Assembly: GCA_963770835.1 (NCBI GenBank)
Contig: CAVYRH010000005.1
Coordinates: 1 to 64,000 of the forward strand
Direction of reading: 5' to 3'
Origin: an uncultured Pseudomonadota bacterium
GTDB taxonomy: Bacteria; Oederibacteriota; Muellerivitia; Muellerivitales; Muellerivitaceae
Length of the DNA stretch: 64,000 nucleotides
A program made the position numbers and the translations under genes. Each line of letters starts with the position of its first letter. Position 1 is the first letter of the stretch. The notes under the pieces were generated by a model. The model was not told where the DNA came from. It worked only from the letters and a program-made list of their open reading frames with translations, and did not search any database. Of the stretch, positions 37,388-47,460 are shown one piece after another.

Positions 37388-38200
37388 GTGGATTTAGCAA
37401 CGGTCATTGGTCTTGCAATCGGCTGGATTGGGGTGGTGGGTGGTTCGCTGTTGGACCACTTGGATCCCCGTGCCCTTTTACAGTTGCCCGCCTTCGTCAT
37501 CATCTTTTTAGGGACATCCGGCGCTACCATGATGAGTTTCCCTCTCGATAGCATAAAGGAAACTTGGCCGGTCTTGAAAAAGGCCTTTAGGCGCCAGGAA
37601 CTGGATCCGGCCGCTATTGTCACCCAATTGGTGGGCTTTGCCACCAAGGCCCGCCGGGAAGGTTTGTTGGGATTGGAAGAGGAAGCGGAAGCCATTGCGG
37701 ATCCCTTTCTCAAGAAGGGCCTACAATTGGTTGTGGATGGTACGGACATTGAAATGATCCGCAATATCATGGAAACCGACATCGCTTTCCTTGAGTCGCG
37801 GCACAAGGTGGGTGAGAGCATTTTCGGGACCTTCGGCGGGTTCGCCCCGACGCTAGGTATCATCGGGACCGTTATCGGCCTTATTCACGCCTTGTCGTCC
37901 TTTGCCTCCGGTGAAGCCGATCCGGTCGCCCTCGTGGGCGCCATCGCGACCGCTTTTATCGCGACGTTTTATGGGATTTCCTTTGCCAACCTGATTTTCT
38001 TGCCTATTTCTTTCAAATTAAAACAAAACAGCCAGCAGGAAGTACTCTTGAGGGAAGTCATGCTGGAAGGCATTTTGGCCATCTCGGCCGGTGACAACCC
38101 CCGCATTGTCGAGGAAAAGCTGAAAGCCTTCCTGCCGCCGCGGATGAAGATGGATATGGAAGCCCAAAAGGCGCAAGGTGAAGCCAAGCCTGAGGAATAA
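37388..38200 (+). CDS. motA: Stator protein MotA
   Basis: ARREGLLGLE; GLQLVVDG; APTLGIIGTVIGLI; ATFYG; GDNPR. Confidence 0.95.
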   Translation: MDLATVIGLAIGWIGVVGGSLLDHLDPRALLQLPAFVIIFLGTSGATMMSFPLDSIKETWPVLKKAFRRQELDPAAIVTQLVGFATKARREGLLGLEEEAEAIADPFLKKGLQLVVDGTDIEMIRNIMETDIAFLESRHKVGESIFGTFGGFAPTLGIIGTVIGLIHALSSFASGEADPVALVGAIATAFIATFYGISFANLIFLPISFKLKQNSQQEVLLREVMLEGILAISAGDNPRIVEEKLKAFLPPRMKMDMEAQKAQGEAKPEE

Positions 38201-38242
38201 ATTTTGCGTAAGCCACGGTTAAAAGTGAACGGGGGATAATTC

Positions 38243-39016
38243 ATGCCGAAACGTAGAAAAGGGGGCCATGAAGCGGGATTGGAGTTGGAATCCGGCGGGA
38301 TGATGCGCTGGCTTTTAACCTATGCCGACTTGATCACGCTTTTGTTGGCCACCTTCGTCATTCTTTTTGCGACAGCCACCCAGAGCAGGGCCGTTGTGGA
38401 GGAAATCAAGGCCCAGATCCGGGCGGTTTTCGGCCCAATTCAAGGAAACACCGCCATTTTGCCTGCTCAAAGCTCGAACGCGGGTCAGAATTTTAAGATA
38501 ATTCCTGGTGAACCCCGGGAAGGTGGACCTGTTGGCGGTCCGGTACGTCCAAAGAGAGTTCCGCCAGGTGTGGCTGAAAGTGGTTATCAGCACGCCTTGC
38601 AGCCACAGCTGGGCGCTAGTAAGGTTTATCTTCGTAAGGAAGCCCGAGGCTTGGTCATAAGCCTTTTGACGGACAAAGTTCTTTTTGACATAGGTGATTA
38701 CCGTATCAAACCTGAAATGAGGGAAGTGCTTAACAAGATCGCGCCTCTTTTGAAGCATGATGCAAATAAGAAGATAGCGGTGGAGGGATACACGGACGAT
38801 CTTTCGGTCCATACGGGCAAAATGCCCAGCAATTGGGAGCTTTCAGCATTGCGTGCGACTGCCGTGGTGAGATACTTGGTGGATGAAAAAGGTTTAGATC
38901 CCAGCCGTTTTTCGGCGGCGGGATACGCGGAATACCAGCCTTTGGTTCCCAACATCAACGAAGCGAACCGTCGGATGAACCGCCGGGTCGACATTGTCAT
39001 TATGAATTTGAATTAA
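38243..39016 (+). CDS. motB: Stator protein MotB
   Basis: WLLTYADLITLLL; OmpA-like domain EGYTD...NWELSALRA...NRRVDI. Confidence 0.95.
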   Translation: MPKRRKGGHEAGLELESGGMMRWLLTYADLITLLLATFVILFATATQSRAVVEEIKAQIRAVFGPIQGNTAILPAQSSNAGQNFKIIPGEPREGGPVGGPVRPKRVPPGVAESGYQHALQPQLGASKVYLRKEARGLVISLLTDKVLFDIGDYRIKPEMREVLNKIAPLLKHDANKKIAVEGYTDDLSVHTGKMPSNWELSALRATAVVRYLVDEKGLDPSRFSAAGYAEYQPLVPNINEANRRMNRRVDIVIMNLN

Positions 39017-39032
39017 TAGATTAAAAGGAGGG

Positions 39033-39515
39033 ATGAAAATGGCAGATCAAGGCGAGAGGGGCACAAGGGGGTTGTTGACGATTTTGTTGGCCATTAGCGC
39101 GGTGACCCTGATTGGGTTGATCGGTCTGGGGTCCTTGGTCTTAACCAAGGTGGGCGCTATGGCCGACAGCAAAAAGGAAGCCAAGGTCATCGAGCAGAAG
39201 CCCGAACCGGGAAAGATTTATAACCTGGGGGTTTTTACGGTGAACTTGGCCGACGAAGAAGCTTCCCGCTATGTCCGGGCCGAAGTGCAATTGGAGTACA
39301 GCCCGGTAAACCCTGAACTGGACAAGGAGATCAAGTTGCGGGACGCTCAGTTCAAAGACATGGTCAACAGCCTTTTGAACGACCGCAAGGCGGCGGAGTT
39401 ATCCACTTCCGAAGGTAAAGAACAATTTCGCCGGGAACTTCAGTTGAAGATCAACGAAGCCCTAAAATTCGGGGCCATTACGAACGTATTTCTGACACAA
39501 TTCGCGGTCCAATAA
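39033..39515 (+). CDS. fliL: Flagellar protein FliL
   Basis: Single TM; FTVNLAD; EGKEQ.R.EL...IN; VFLTQFAVQ. Confidence 0.92.
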   Translation: MKMADQGERGTRGLLTILLAISAVTLIGLIGLGSLVLTKVGAMADSKKEAKVIEQKPEPGKIYNLGVFTVNLADEEASRYVRAEVQLEYSPVNPELDKEIKLRDAQFKDMVNSLLNDRKAAELSTSEGKEQFRRELQLKINEALKFGAITNVFLTQFAVQ

Positions 39516-39551
39516 GGCTGTCCGGATTGAGCGGGGAAAGGGGGGGTACAC

Positions 39552-40586
39552 ATGGATGATTTGCTATCCGACGGCGAGGTAAGTGCGCTACTTTCCGAAC
39601 TGGATGTCGGGATGGCGGGCGGGGGTGCCCCTGAGGCTTCTTCTTCCGCCGCTGCTGCGGCTCCGGAAGCCGGCATCACGGTGGATGAGCAGGGTCGAAA
39701 GATCAAGACCTATGACTTCAACCGCCCGAACCGCTTTTCCAAAGACCATATGCGGACCCTGGAGATGCTCCATGAGATTTTTTCTCGTGGGTTTACGGCA
39801 TCGGTGGCGGCCTATTTGCGGACGGTGGCGGAAATCAAGGTGGTTTCGGTTACCCAACTGCCTTTCCGGGAATACACCATGTCATTGCCCCGGCCCGACT
39901 GTATTTTCGTCCTGAAAATGGAACCTTTGGACGGTTCTTTTCTTTTGGAGATGAATCCCGAATTAGTCTTGACTTTGATTGACCGTATCTTGGGGGGGCC
40001 TGGCAAGGCTCCCAATGCCTCGAGGGAATTGACGCTCATCGAGCAATCAGTCATCGAGAAAATCGTCAACAGGGGTTTGGAAACTCTCCAGGAGGCTTGG
40101 TTGAAAGTCGGTCATTTCCAACCCAAACTGACGGGGTACGAAACCACGGCCCAGTTCGTCCAGATCGTTGCGCCCAATGAAATCGCGGCGGTCATCGAAT
40201 TTGAAGTCAAGGTGAACGAGGTGACCGGTAAGATGTCCATGTGTATTCCCTACGTTGTTCTGGAACCGATTATCGGCGATTTGTCGGCCCAAAAATGGTT
40301 CACGGTTGGGAAAAAGGAATCGACGGCGGAGACGGTGGAAAGTCTCACCAAGGTTATGCGGGAAGCCATGATGCCCATCGTGGTCCGGGTCGGGGCGGCG
40401 CAAATTACGGTTCAGGAAATGCTTCGGTTAAAAGCGGGTGACGTGATCCGTTTAAATACCAGCCCCCATCATGAAATTGAAGTGTTGATCGAAGGGTTGG
40501 TTAAATTGAAGGGGCGCCCCGGTGTTTCCTCTAAAAAGAAGGCCTTGCAAGTAACAAAGGTTTATTCGCCGGAAGAAAAAATTTAA
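39552..40586 (+). CDS. fliM: Motor switch protein FliM
   Basis: [32 protein letters not shown]-terminal SPOA domain. Confidence 0.95.
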   Translation: MDDLLSDGEVSALLSELDVGMAGGGAPEASSSAAAAAPEAGITVDEQGRKIKTYDFNRPNRFSKDHMRTLEMLHEIFSRGFTASVAAYLRTVAEIKVVSVTQLPFREYTMSLPRPDCIFVLKMEPLDGSFLLEMNPELVLTLIDRILGGPGKAPNASRELTLIEQSVIEKIVNRGLETLQEAWLKVGHFQPKLTGYETTAQFVQIVAPNEIAAVIEFEVKVNEVTGKMSMCIPYVVLEPIIGDLSAQKWFTVGKKESTAETVESLTKVMREAMMPIVVRVGAAQITVQEMLRLKAGDVIRLNTSPHHEIEVLIEGLVKLKGRPGVSSKKKALQVTKVYSPEEKI

Positions 40587-40600
40587 GAACGAAGGTTTTC

Positions 40601-41572
40601 ATGCCCGACACGGCTAAACTTCAAAATTTTGGGGAGGAAGTGGCGTCTGATTTGGCCCAGGCCTTGACGGGCCTTTTGGGCCGCGACGTCGCGGTAGGGT
40701 ATTCCCAGGCCTCCAATACGAATTCGGGAACCATCGCTTCGTCATTGGACGCTCCTTTTTTATTTTCGCTCTTAAAAGGTTTGGGCGGCGTGGATGGATC
40801 GGCGCTTATCCTGATCAGGGAAAAGGATGCCTCCATCGTTGCCGACCTTTTGATCGGCCAAGATGGAACCAGCGCGCCCGAAAAAATGACGGAGCTCCAT
40901 CTTTCAGCCTTTGGGGAAGTGATCCACCAAATGACGGAGGTTTTTTCCCGGGGTGCAAAGAAGCTAGTCGGCACCAGGGCCCTTTGGGAAGTGGGGGAAA
41001 CAACGGCCGAAGAACCTTCGGCGGGCGGGCGTTTCCTGTCCCAACTGGGGAATTCGTTAACGGTCCTTTCATTCAATCTTTTTGTTCAAGATCTCTTATC
41101 GGGCGATTTATTTTTGTGTCTCCCTGATCCGGTCGCAGCGAAACTCGCTTCCGGCGGGGAAAAACCGGCGGTGAGCGCGGGCGCTAGCGTCAGCGTGTCC
41201 GCTGGTTCCAATCCATCCGGTGTTTCAACCATAAACACCCAACCGCGGGCAGGAGGTGCTCAAGTGGAACAATTAGAGAATGAGTTTTCGGGATCGAACC
41301 GGCCAGCCGGGGGGAACATCGGTTTACTTTTGGATGTCCCCTTGAAGCTTACCGTCGAGCTGGGCCGTACCACCAAACTGGTGAAGGAAATCCTGGCTCT
41401 GGCGCCGGGATCAGTGGTGGAATTGGATAAACTGGCCGGCGAGGCCGTGGACATATTGGTCAATGAAAAATTAATAGCCAAAGGGGAAGTGGTCGTGATC
41501 GACGAGAATTTCGGCGTCCGAATCACGGAGATCATCAACCCTGAGGAACGGTTGAACGCGGTCCAGGCTTAA
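40601..41572 (+). CDS. fliY: Motor switch protein FliY/FliN (CheC-like domain + SPOA)
   Basis: C-terminal [14 protein letters not shown]...[18 protein letters not shown]-terminal CheC-like region (ADLLIG.DG...ELHLSAFGE). Confidence 0.88.
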   Translation: MPDTAKLQNFGEEVASDLAQALTGLLGRDVAVGYSQASNTNSGTIASSLDAPFLFSLLKGLGGVDGSALILIREKDASIVADLLIGQDGTSAPEKMTELHLSAFGEVIHQMTEVFSRGAKKLVGTRALWEVGETTAEEPSAGGRFLSQLGNSLTVLSFNLFVQDLLSGDLFLCLPDPVAAKLASGGEKPAVSAGASVSVSAGSNPSGVSTINTQPRAGGAQVEQLENEFSGSNRPAGGNIGLLLDVPLKLTVELGRTTKLVKEILALAPGSVVELDKLAGEAVDILVNEKLIAKGEVVVIDENFGVRITEIINPEERLNAVQA

Positions 41573-41599
41573 TCTGGGTCTGGAGGACGGCGAAAGCCC

Positions 41600-42292
41600 A
41601 TGCCCATGATTCGTTTATCCAAATGCAACCCTTGGAACCGTTCCTTTTTTCTGTTGGGGCTGGTTTTAGGGGTTTATCATTTTCAGCCCTTGGGGGTTTC
41701 GAAGGCTTTTGCGGACGTGAACCCTTCGTTTTACGATCAAGGTCAAAATAACAAATCCACCCCTGCATCGGTTCCCCAAACGATGTCGCTTCCCGAAGAA
41801 GCTCCTACACCCTCTCCGGGCCTTTTTTCCACATTGATGCGCGTGATAATGGCCTTAGCCGTCACCCTTGGGCTGATCATGCTGACCGTTTGGGGTTTGA
41901 AATGGATCTGGGGAAAAAAAGGTTGGAACAAATGGGTTGAGGAGGGTAAAGCGGTAAGAGTTCTGGCGACGACTTACTTATCCCCCCGGAAAACCATCTA
42001 TCTTCTGGAAGTGGGGAAGAGAATATTGGTGGTGGGAGTGGGGGGCGATCAGATGAACTGCCTGGACGTCATCCGTGAGCCGGAAGAGGTTGAGGCTCTT
42101 CTCGGTGCCACACAGCAGGGGTTCCCTAAAATTTTCAACCGCGTTATGCGGGGCAATGATACTGCTGACCAGGAAGCCGAGACGCGGCGCATCCTCGAGG
42201 AAAGCAACCAGGTCGTGGGCGGATATGTGGCCAAGTTAAAAAGTATCAAAAAAAAGAAGAACACCCCCGAACCAATGGACGACGGAAAATGA
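41600..42292 (+). CDS. fliO: Flagellar biosynthesis protein FliO/FliZ
   Basis: TM followed by VL.T.YLSPRKTIYLLEVGKRILVVGV; sits before fliP. Confidence 0.85.
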   Translation: MPMIRLSKCNPWNRSFFLLGLVLGVYHFQPLGVSKAFADVNPSFYDQGQNNKSTPASVPQTMSLPEEAPTPSPGLFSTLMRVIMALAVTLGLIMLTVWGLKWIWGKKGWNKWVEEGKAVRVLATTYLSPRKTIYLLEVGKRILVVGVGGDQMNCLDVIREPEEVEALLGATQQGFPKIFNRVMRGNDTADQEAETRRILEESNQVVGGYVAKLKSIKKKKNTPEPMDDGK

Positions 42293-43044
42293 AAAGTAAA
42301 TTCAATTGGGTCGCCGGCTTTGGCGCGTTTATTTTTTTGGCTCCCGGAGTAAGCTCACTGGCCGCGGACATTCCTTTCCCGGCCCTCCATATCGGCGTGG
42401 ACCAAGCCAAAACCCCCCAAGACGTAGCCATGAGTCTTCAAATTATTTTAGTGTTGACGGTCCTTTCTTTGGCGCCCGCCATTCTGATTATGATGACTTC
42501 CTTTACACGCATCGTCATCATCCTGGGTTTCTTGAGGCAGGGATTGGGTACCCAACAGGTTCCTCCTAACCAGGTTTTGGTGGGATTGGCACTTTTCCTC
42601 ACTTTTTTCACCATGCAACCTACTTTTGAGAGGATCGATAAGGAGGCTTTAACTCCTTATCTCTCCGGGAAATTGGGGACTTCAGATGCGTTTAAAAAGG
42701 CCGAGGATCCCTTGCGGCAATTTATGTTCAAACAGGTCCGGGAAAAGGACTTGGCTCTCTTCGTCGCCCTTTCCAAATCCAGCCGCCCCCGGACTCCCGC
42801 GGATATTTCAACCTGGGTCCTCATCCCGGCCTTTGTGATCGGTGAATTGAAAAAATCTTTTGAGATGGGCTTCATCATCTTCATTCCTTTCTTGATTATT
42901 GACATGGTGACGGCTTCCGTTTTGATGTCGATGGGCATGCTCATGCTGCCCCCGGTCCTTATCTCCCTGCCGTTCAAGATATTACTTTTTATCATGGTGG
43001 ATGGCTGGAACTTGATTGTTCGTTCGATCGCTTTGAGCTTTTAG
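42289..43044 (+). CDS. fliP: Export gate protein FliP
   Basis: LSLAPAILIMMTSFTRI; PPNQVLVGLALFLT; SLPFKILLF..VDGW. Confidence 0.97.
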   Translation: MKSKFNWVAGFGAFIFLAPGVSSLAADIPFPALHIGVDQAKTPQDVAMSLQIILVLTVLSLAPAILIMMTSFTRIVIILGFLRQGLGTQQVPPNQVLVGLALFLTFFTMQPTFERIDKEALTPYLSGKLGTSDAFKKAEDPLRQFMFKQVREKDLALFVALSKSSRPRTPADISTWVLIPAFVIGELKKSFEMGFIIFIPFLIIDMVTASVLMSMGMLMLPPVLISLPFKILLFIMVDGWNLIVRSIALSF

Positions 43045-43061
43045 CCGAATTCGAGGTATCC

Positions 43062-43331
43062 ATGTCCGTTGAATTTATCGCCGATTTGGCCAGCCGGGCC
43101 CTTTGGGTCACCCTTCTTGTTTCCGGGCCCATTTTGGGGTTGGGCCTATTGGTCGGCGTGGCGGTGTCGATTTTCCAGGCGGTAACCCAGATCCAGGAAA
43201 TGACCCTGACCTTCATCCCCAAAATTATTGCTATTTTCGTTGCCATCCTCGTTTTCGGGAAGTGGATGATGTTGATCCTTTTAAATTTCACATCGAACTT
43301 GTGGATCAACTTGCCCAATTACGTGAAGTGA
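43062..43331 (+). CDS. fliQ: Export gate protein FliQ
   Basis: SIFQAVTQIQEMTLTFIPK. Confidence 0.97.
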   Translation: MSVEFIADLASRALWVTLLVSGPILGLGLLVGVAVSIFQAVTQIQEMTLTFIPKIIAIFVAILVFGKWMMLILLNFTSNLWINLPNYVK

Positions 43332-43338
43332 GGCGCCT

Positions 43339-44124
43339 GTGCCGACGAACCCCTTTGAATTTGACCCGAAAGACGTAGTGGCTTTTGTCTTGGTATTGAT
43401 GAGGGCCGCTGGAATATTCCTAACGGCACCAGTCTTTTCCAGCCGCAACATACCAGTTACAGTGAAGGCTTCTTGGATCCTTTTGGTGGCCTTCCTGGTT
43501 TTCCCGGTGGTGGATTTTAAGTCCCTAACTCTCCCGTCTTCTGGCATCCCCCTAACCTTGGCCGTTATGAGGGAACTTTTAATCGGTTTTTCCATCGGTT
43601 TGGGGGCGACCCTGATTTTCACCGGGATTCAATTAGCAGGGCAGATTGTTGACATCCAGATGGGGTTGGGTATGGTCAATATCATCGACCCCACGACGAA
43701 TATCCAGATTTCCGCCATGGGCCAATATTATTTCATGGTCGCGACACTAGTGTTCCTCGCGGTGGACGGCCATCACGTTCTTTTAAGAAGCGTAGTCGAT
43801 AGTTTTAACATCGTTCCACTGGGCCAAGCTCATTTTTCCACCGCTTTGGGGACGGAAATGATGAATTTGTTTTCACAGGTTTTTTTCATTGCCTTCCGGG
43901 TGGGGGCCCCTGTCATTGGAGCTCTTTTTATCACCAACATGGCCTTAGGAATCGTGGCCCGCACGGTACCCCAGATGAATGTTTTCATCGTGGGGATGCC
44001 GTTGAACCTTGCGGTGGGGTTCCTTATCACCGCCGTATCGATGAGTTTTTTCACTTTTATCCTGCAGGGATTGTTTAAGGGGATGTACCGTGATTTGTCT
44101 ATTCTCTTGCATGCTATGCAGTGA
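43339..44124 (+). CDS. fliR: Export gate protein FliR
   Basis: AG.IVD.QMGL....IDP; DGHH; RTVPQMNVFIVGMP. Confidence 0.95.
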   Translation: MPTNPFEFDPKDVVAFVLVLMRAAGIFLTAPVFSSRNIPVTVKASWILLVAFLVFPVVDFKSLTLPSSGIPLTLAVMRELLIGFSIGLGATLIFTGIQLAGQIVDIQMGLGMVNIIDPTTNIQISAMGQYYFMVATLVFLAVDGHHVLLRSVVDSFNIVPLGQAHFSTALGTEMMNLFSQVFFIAFRVGAPVIGALFITNMALGIVARTVPQMNVFIVGMPLNLAVGFLITAVSMSFFTFILQGLFKGMYRDLSILLHAMQ

Positions 44125-44158
44125 AATAAAACATTAATTCATAATTTTTTTAGGGGTC

Positions 44159-45235
44159 ATGATGGCAGATCCGGCACGCAGTGAAAAAGCAACACCTCGC
44201 AGGCGGCAGGAGGCCCGGGAAAAAGGTCAAATCGCTCGTTCGGTCGAGGTCAACTCAGCTTTGGTCCTTTTGGCGGCCTTGACCGCTTTCCGCTTTGCCG
44301 GGCCCTACATGGTTGATTCGGTCAACCAAATGGCGGTCTTTACCTTCCAAAACATGAATGCGACTTTCGGGATGGAGAATGTCTCCACCATGGCCGTTTT
44401 TTACTTGTTGCAGGTCTTCAAAATCATCGCCCCGGTCCTGGGAACAGTGCTGCTGGTGGGACTTCTCATCAATTATCTGCAGGTTGGCGTTTTGTTTACG
44501 ATGAAGCCCCTGACGCCCAAGTTCAACAATATCAACCCTATCAGTGGGTTCGAAAAGCTTTTCTCGCGAAGGTCCGCCGTCGAGTTCCTGAAGTCCCTCC
44601 TGAAACTCTTTCTCATCGGATGGATCGCCTACGTGGGGGTCAAGGGGGCCCTGCCCCGCCTGGTTCCGACAATGGATATGCCAGGGGTGGAGCCGTTGAA
44701 ATTCGTTGGAAGTTTAACGATGAAAATCCTCGATTGGATTCTTTTGGCCCTGGCTGCCTTAGCGCTTTTGGATTACCTCTATCAAAGGTGGGAGTATGAA
44801 GAGAGCCTGAAAATGACGAAGCAGGAAGTCCGGGATGATTTCAAACAAAGCGAAGGCGATCCCATGATCAAGGCAAGAATCCGCCAAATTCAGAGGGAAA
44901 TGGCCCGGCGCCGGATGTTTGAGTCCATCCCACGCGCGGATGTCGTTATCACCAACCCCACCCACGTGGCGGTGGCCTTGGAATACAAGGACGGGATGTC
45001 AGCTCCAGTGGTTTTGGCAAAAGGGGAAAGGGTAATTGCGGAACGTATCAAGGAAATGGCCAGAAAACATAACATTCCCGTGTTGGAAAACCCGCCCCTG
45101 GCGCGTGCCCTCTTGAAACAGTGTCCGGTGGGGGCCCCCATTTCTCCCGACCTTTTTGAAGCGGTTGCGGAGGTATTGGCTTTCGTTTACCGTATGAATA
45201 AAAAAACAAAAGGAGTTTCCACAGGCCTTTCGTAA
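44159..45235 (+). CDS. flhB: Export switch protein FlhB
   Basis: EKATPRR..EAREKGQ; EGDP.IK; NPTH autocleavage site. Confidence 0.97.
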   Translation: MMADPARSEKATPRRRQEAREKGQIARSVEVNSALVLLAALTAFRFAGPYMVDSVNQMAVFTFQNMNATFGMENVSTMAVFYLLQVFKIIAPVLGTVLLVGLLINYLQVGVLFTMKPLTPKFNNINPISGFEKLFSRRSAVEFLKSLLKLFLIGWIAYVGVKGALPRLVPTMDMPGVEPLKFVGSLTMKILDWILLALAALALLDYLYQRWEYEESLKMTKQEVRDDFKQSEGDPMIKARIRQIQREMARRRMFESIPRADVVITNPTHVAVALEYKDGMSAPVVLAKGERVIAERIKEMARKHNIPVLENPPLARALLKQCPVGAPISPDLFEAVAEVLAFVYRMNKKTKGVSTGLS

Positions 45236-45378
45236 GCGGATGGCAGGGAAAGTAAGGGGCGGGAATAAGCCGTCAGGGACTAGCTTTTGCCAGGCAAAGT
45301 TGGGTGAACTAATCCGAAAATAAGGATACAATACGGATTCGCCTGGAAGCGTCGGTCCGAACCTATTTCGAGGAAAAA

Positions 45379-47460
45379 ATGGCTGAAGCCACAACCTTTA
45401 ACAACGTCCAAAAATACAGCGATTTATTCGTCGCCTTTATAGTGATTCTGTGCGTTCTGATGCTTATTATTCCATTGCCCTCTTGGATGCTCGATATTCT
45501 TATTTCTTTAAATCTTGCGATGGCTCTTGTGGTGGCAATGATCACCATGTACACCCTGGAGCCCCTCCATTTCTCTATTTTCCCGACTTTACTTCTCATC
45601 ACAACGATTTTCCGATTGGCTTTAAATATTTCCGCTACACGGCTCATTTTAAATAAAGGAGCAACGGGTACTGCGGCGGCAGGAAAAGTCATTGAGGCCG
45701 TCGGAGCTTTTATGATCGGTGGAAACTATTGGGTCGGCTTCGTGATCTTCCTCATCCTTATCATCGTCCAATTCGTGGTCATTACCAGTGGTGCCCAGCG
45801 TGTGGCGGAAGTGGCGGCCCGGTTCACCTTGGATGCCATGCCGGGAAAGCAAATGGCTATCGACGCAGACTTGAATTCTGGGCTCATTACGGACGACCAA
45901 GCGCGAAAGAGGCGCAAGGATATTGAGAAGGAAGCAGATTTTTATGGAGCCATGGACGGTGCCAGCAAATTCGTCCGGGGGGACGCCATCGCGGCCATCA
46001 TTATCGTGGTGGTCAACATCCTAGGAGGATTCGCTGTGGGTCTCTTAAGTGGTGGGATGACCCTGCCTGAGGTTCTCCAGCGCTATACGTTATTAACCAT
46101 CGGCGATGGACTGGCCACTCAAATCCCTGCCCTCCTGCTTTCCTTTGCCACTGGCGTTGTAGTGACCCGCGCCGCCTCGGACAGTAACCTGGGGACGGAT
46201 TTGGTCAAACAAATCATGTCCCAGCCTAGAGCCCTGTGGATAGCTTCTGCGGTTCTATTTATAGCTGGCCTTGTCCCGGGATTGCCTTGGGCCTTTTTCA
46301 TTGTTTCCCTTTTGGTTGGTGGTTTGGCTTTTTTTGTCCAACAAACCTTGCGTCGGGAGATGGAGGCAGCCGAACAAGCCAAAACCCAACCGGGTGTTGA
46401 GAAAAAGAAAGAACCGGAAAACGTCTCGTCACTTTTACAAGTGGATCATTTGGAGGTGGAAATCGGCTATAGCTTGATCCCGTTGGTGGATGAGGAACAA
46501 CATGGGGATCTTTTGGAGCGCATCACGGGTATCCGTCGGCAAATGGCCAGCGATTTGGGGCTTGTGGTTCCTCCCATCCGTATCCGTGACAACATGCAGT
46601 TACAGCCCTCGGAGTACGTGATTAAGATCAAGGGCGTGGAGGTTTCCAAGTGGAAAATAATGCCGGGGCATCTTTTGGCGATGTCGACGGGGCCGAACTT
46701 GCCCGTCCTGCGGGGCATTGAAACTAAGGAGCCCACTTTCAACCTCACCGCTTACTGGATTACGGATGAGGAGAGAGGAATGGCAGAGCAGGTTGGTTAT
46801 TCCGTGGTGGACGCCTCAACCGTTATTGCCACCCACTTGACGGAAGTAATCCGCAATCACGCCCATGAGTTTTTAACCCGCCAGAGCGTGGCCAAACTTC
46901 TGGATACAGTGAAAAAGGATTCACCAACGGTGGTGGACGAGCTGGTTCCCACTCAACTTTCGATAGGAGATCTCCAAAAAATTCTCCAAAATCTCTTAAA
47001 GGAACATATCCCGATCCGGGATTTGGAAAGCATCCTGGAGGCGGTGGCCGACCATGTCCGGGAAACCAAGGATGTTCAGCTTTTAACCGAGTACGCCCGG
47101 AAGGGCTTGGCCCGTTCCATTACCAAGTTGCACCAGGCCGCCGACGGCAAGGTTTACGCACTGACCCTGGACCCCCGATTTGAGAAGAAAATCATGGATT
47201 CGGTGCAGGCGGCGGAGAGTGGCGCCGTTTCCGCCGTCGACCCCAAGCTCCTCCAGCAAATGTTTCGGAGCTTGTCCCAGGGTATCGAAAAAATGGCCGG
47301 AGCCAACCGGCAACCGTTGGTTCTTTGTTCGCCCAATGTGAGGCCCTATTTTAAGAAGTTAGTCGAAAGGTTTATCCCCCATTTGACGGTGGTTTCCTTC
47401 AGTGAACTATTGCCGAGGACGGAAATTCAGTCCGTCGGCACGATCGAGGCGGGAGAATGA
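45379..47460 (+). CDS. flhA: Export apparatus protein FlhA
   Basis: RVAEVAARFTLDAMPGKQMAIDADL; FYGAMDGASKFVRGDA. Confidence 0.97.
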   Translation: MAEATTFNNVQKYSDLFVAFIVILCVLMLIIPLPSWMLDILISLNLAMALVVAMITMYTLEPLHFSIFPTLLLITTIFRLALNISATRLILNKGATGTAAAGKVIEAVGAFMIGGNYWVGFVIFLILIIVQFVVITSGAQRVAEVAARFTLDAMPGKQMAIDADLNSGLITDDQARKRRKDIEKEADFYGAMDGASKFVRGDAIAAIIIVVVNILGGFAVGLLSGGMTLPEVLQRYTLLTIGDGLATQIPALLLSFATGVVVTRAASDSNLGTDLVKQIMSQPRALWIASAVLFIAGLVPGLPWAFFIVSLLVGGLAFFVQQTLRREMEAAEQAKTQPGVEKKKEPENVSSLLQVDHLEVEIGYSLIPLVDEEQHGDLLERITGIRRQMASDLGLVVPPIRIRDNMQLQPSEYVIKIKGVEVSKWKIMPGHLLAMSTGPNLPVLRGIETKEPTFNLTAYWITDEERGMAEQVGYSVVDASTVIATHLTEVIRNHAHEFLTRQSVAKLLDTVKKDSPTVVDELVPTQLSIGDLQKILQNLLKEHIPIRDLESILEAVADHVRETKDVQLLTEYARKGLARSITKLHQAADGKVYALTLDPRFEKKIMDSVQAAESGAVSAVDPKLLQQMFRSLSQGIEKMAGANRQPLVLCSPNVRPYFKKLVERFIPHLTVVSFSELLPRTEIQSVGTIEAGE

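Noticed and set aside
45276..45290. Sigma54 promoter upstream of flhA (GG-N10-GC)
   Set aside because: Only GG and TTGC match; the TGGCAC element is absent and no activator gene is in the window.
35544..47460. Non-flagellar (injectisome) type III secretion system
   Set aside because: Rod, ring, stator, switch and sigma28 genes identify it as flagellar; no secretin or needle genes are present.
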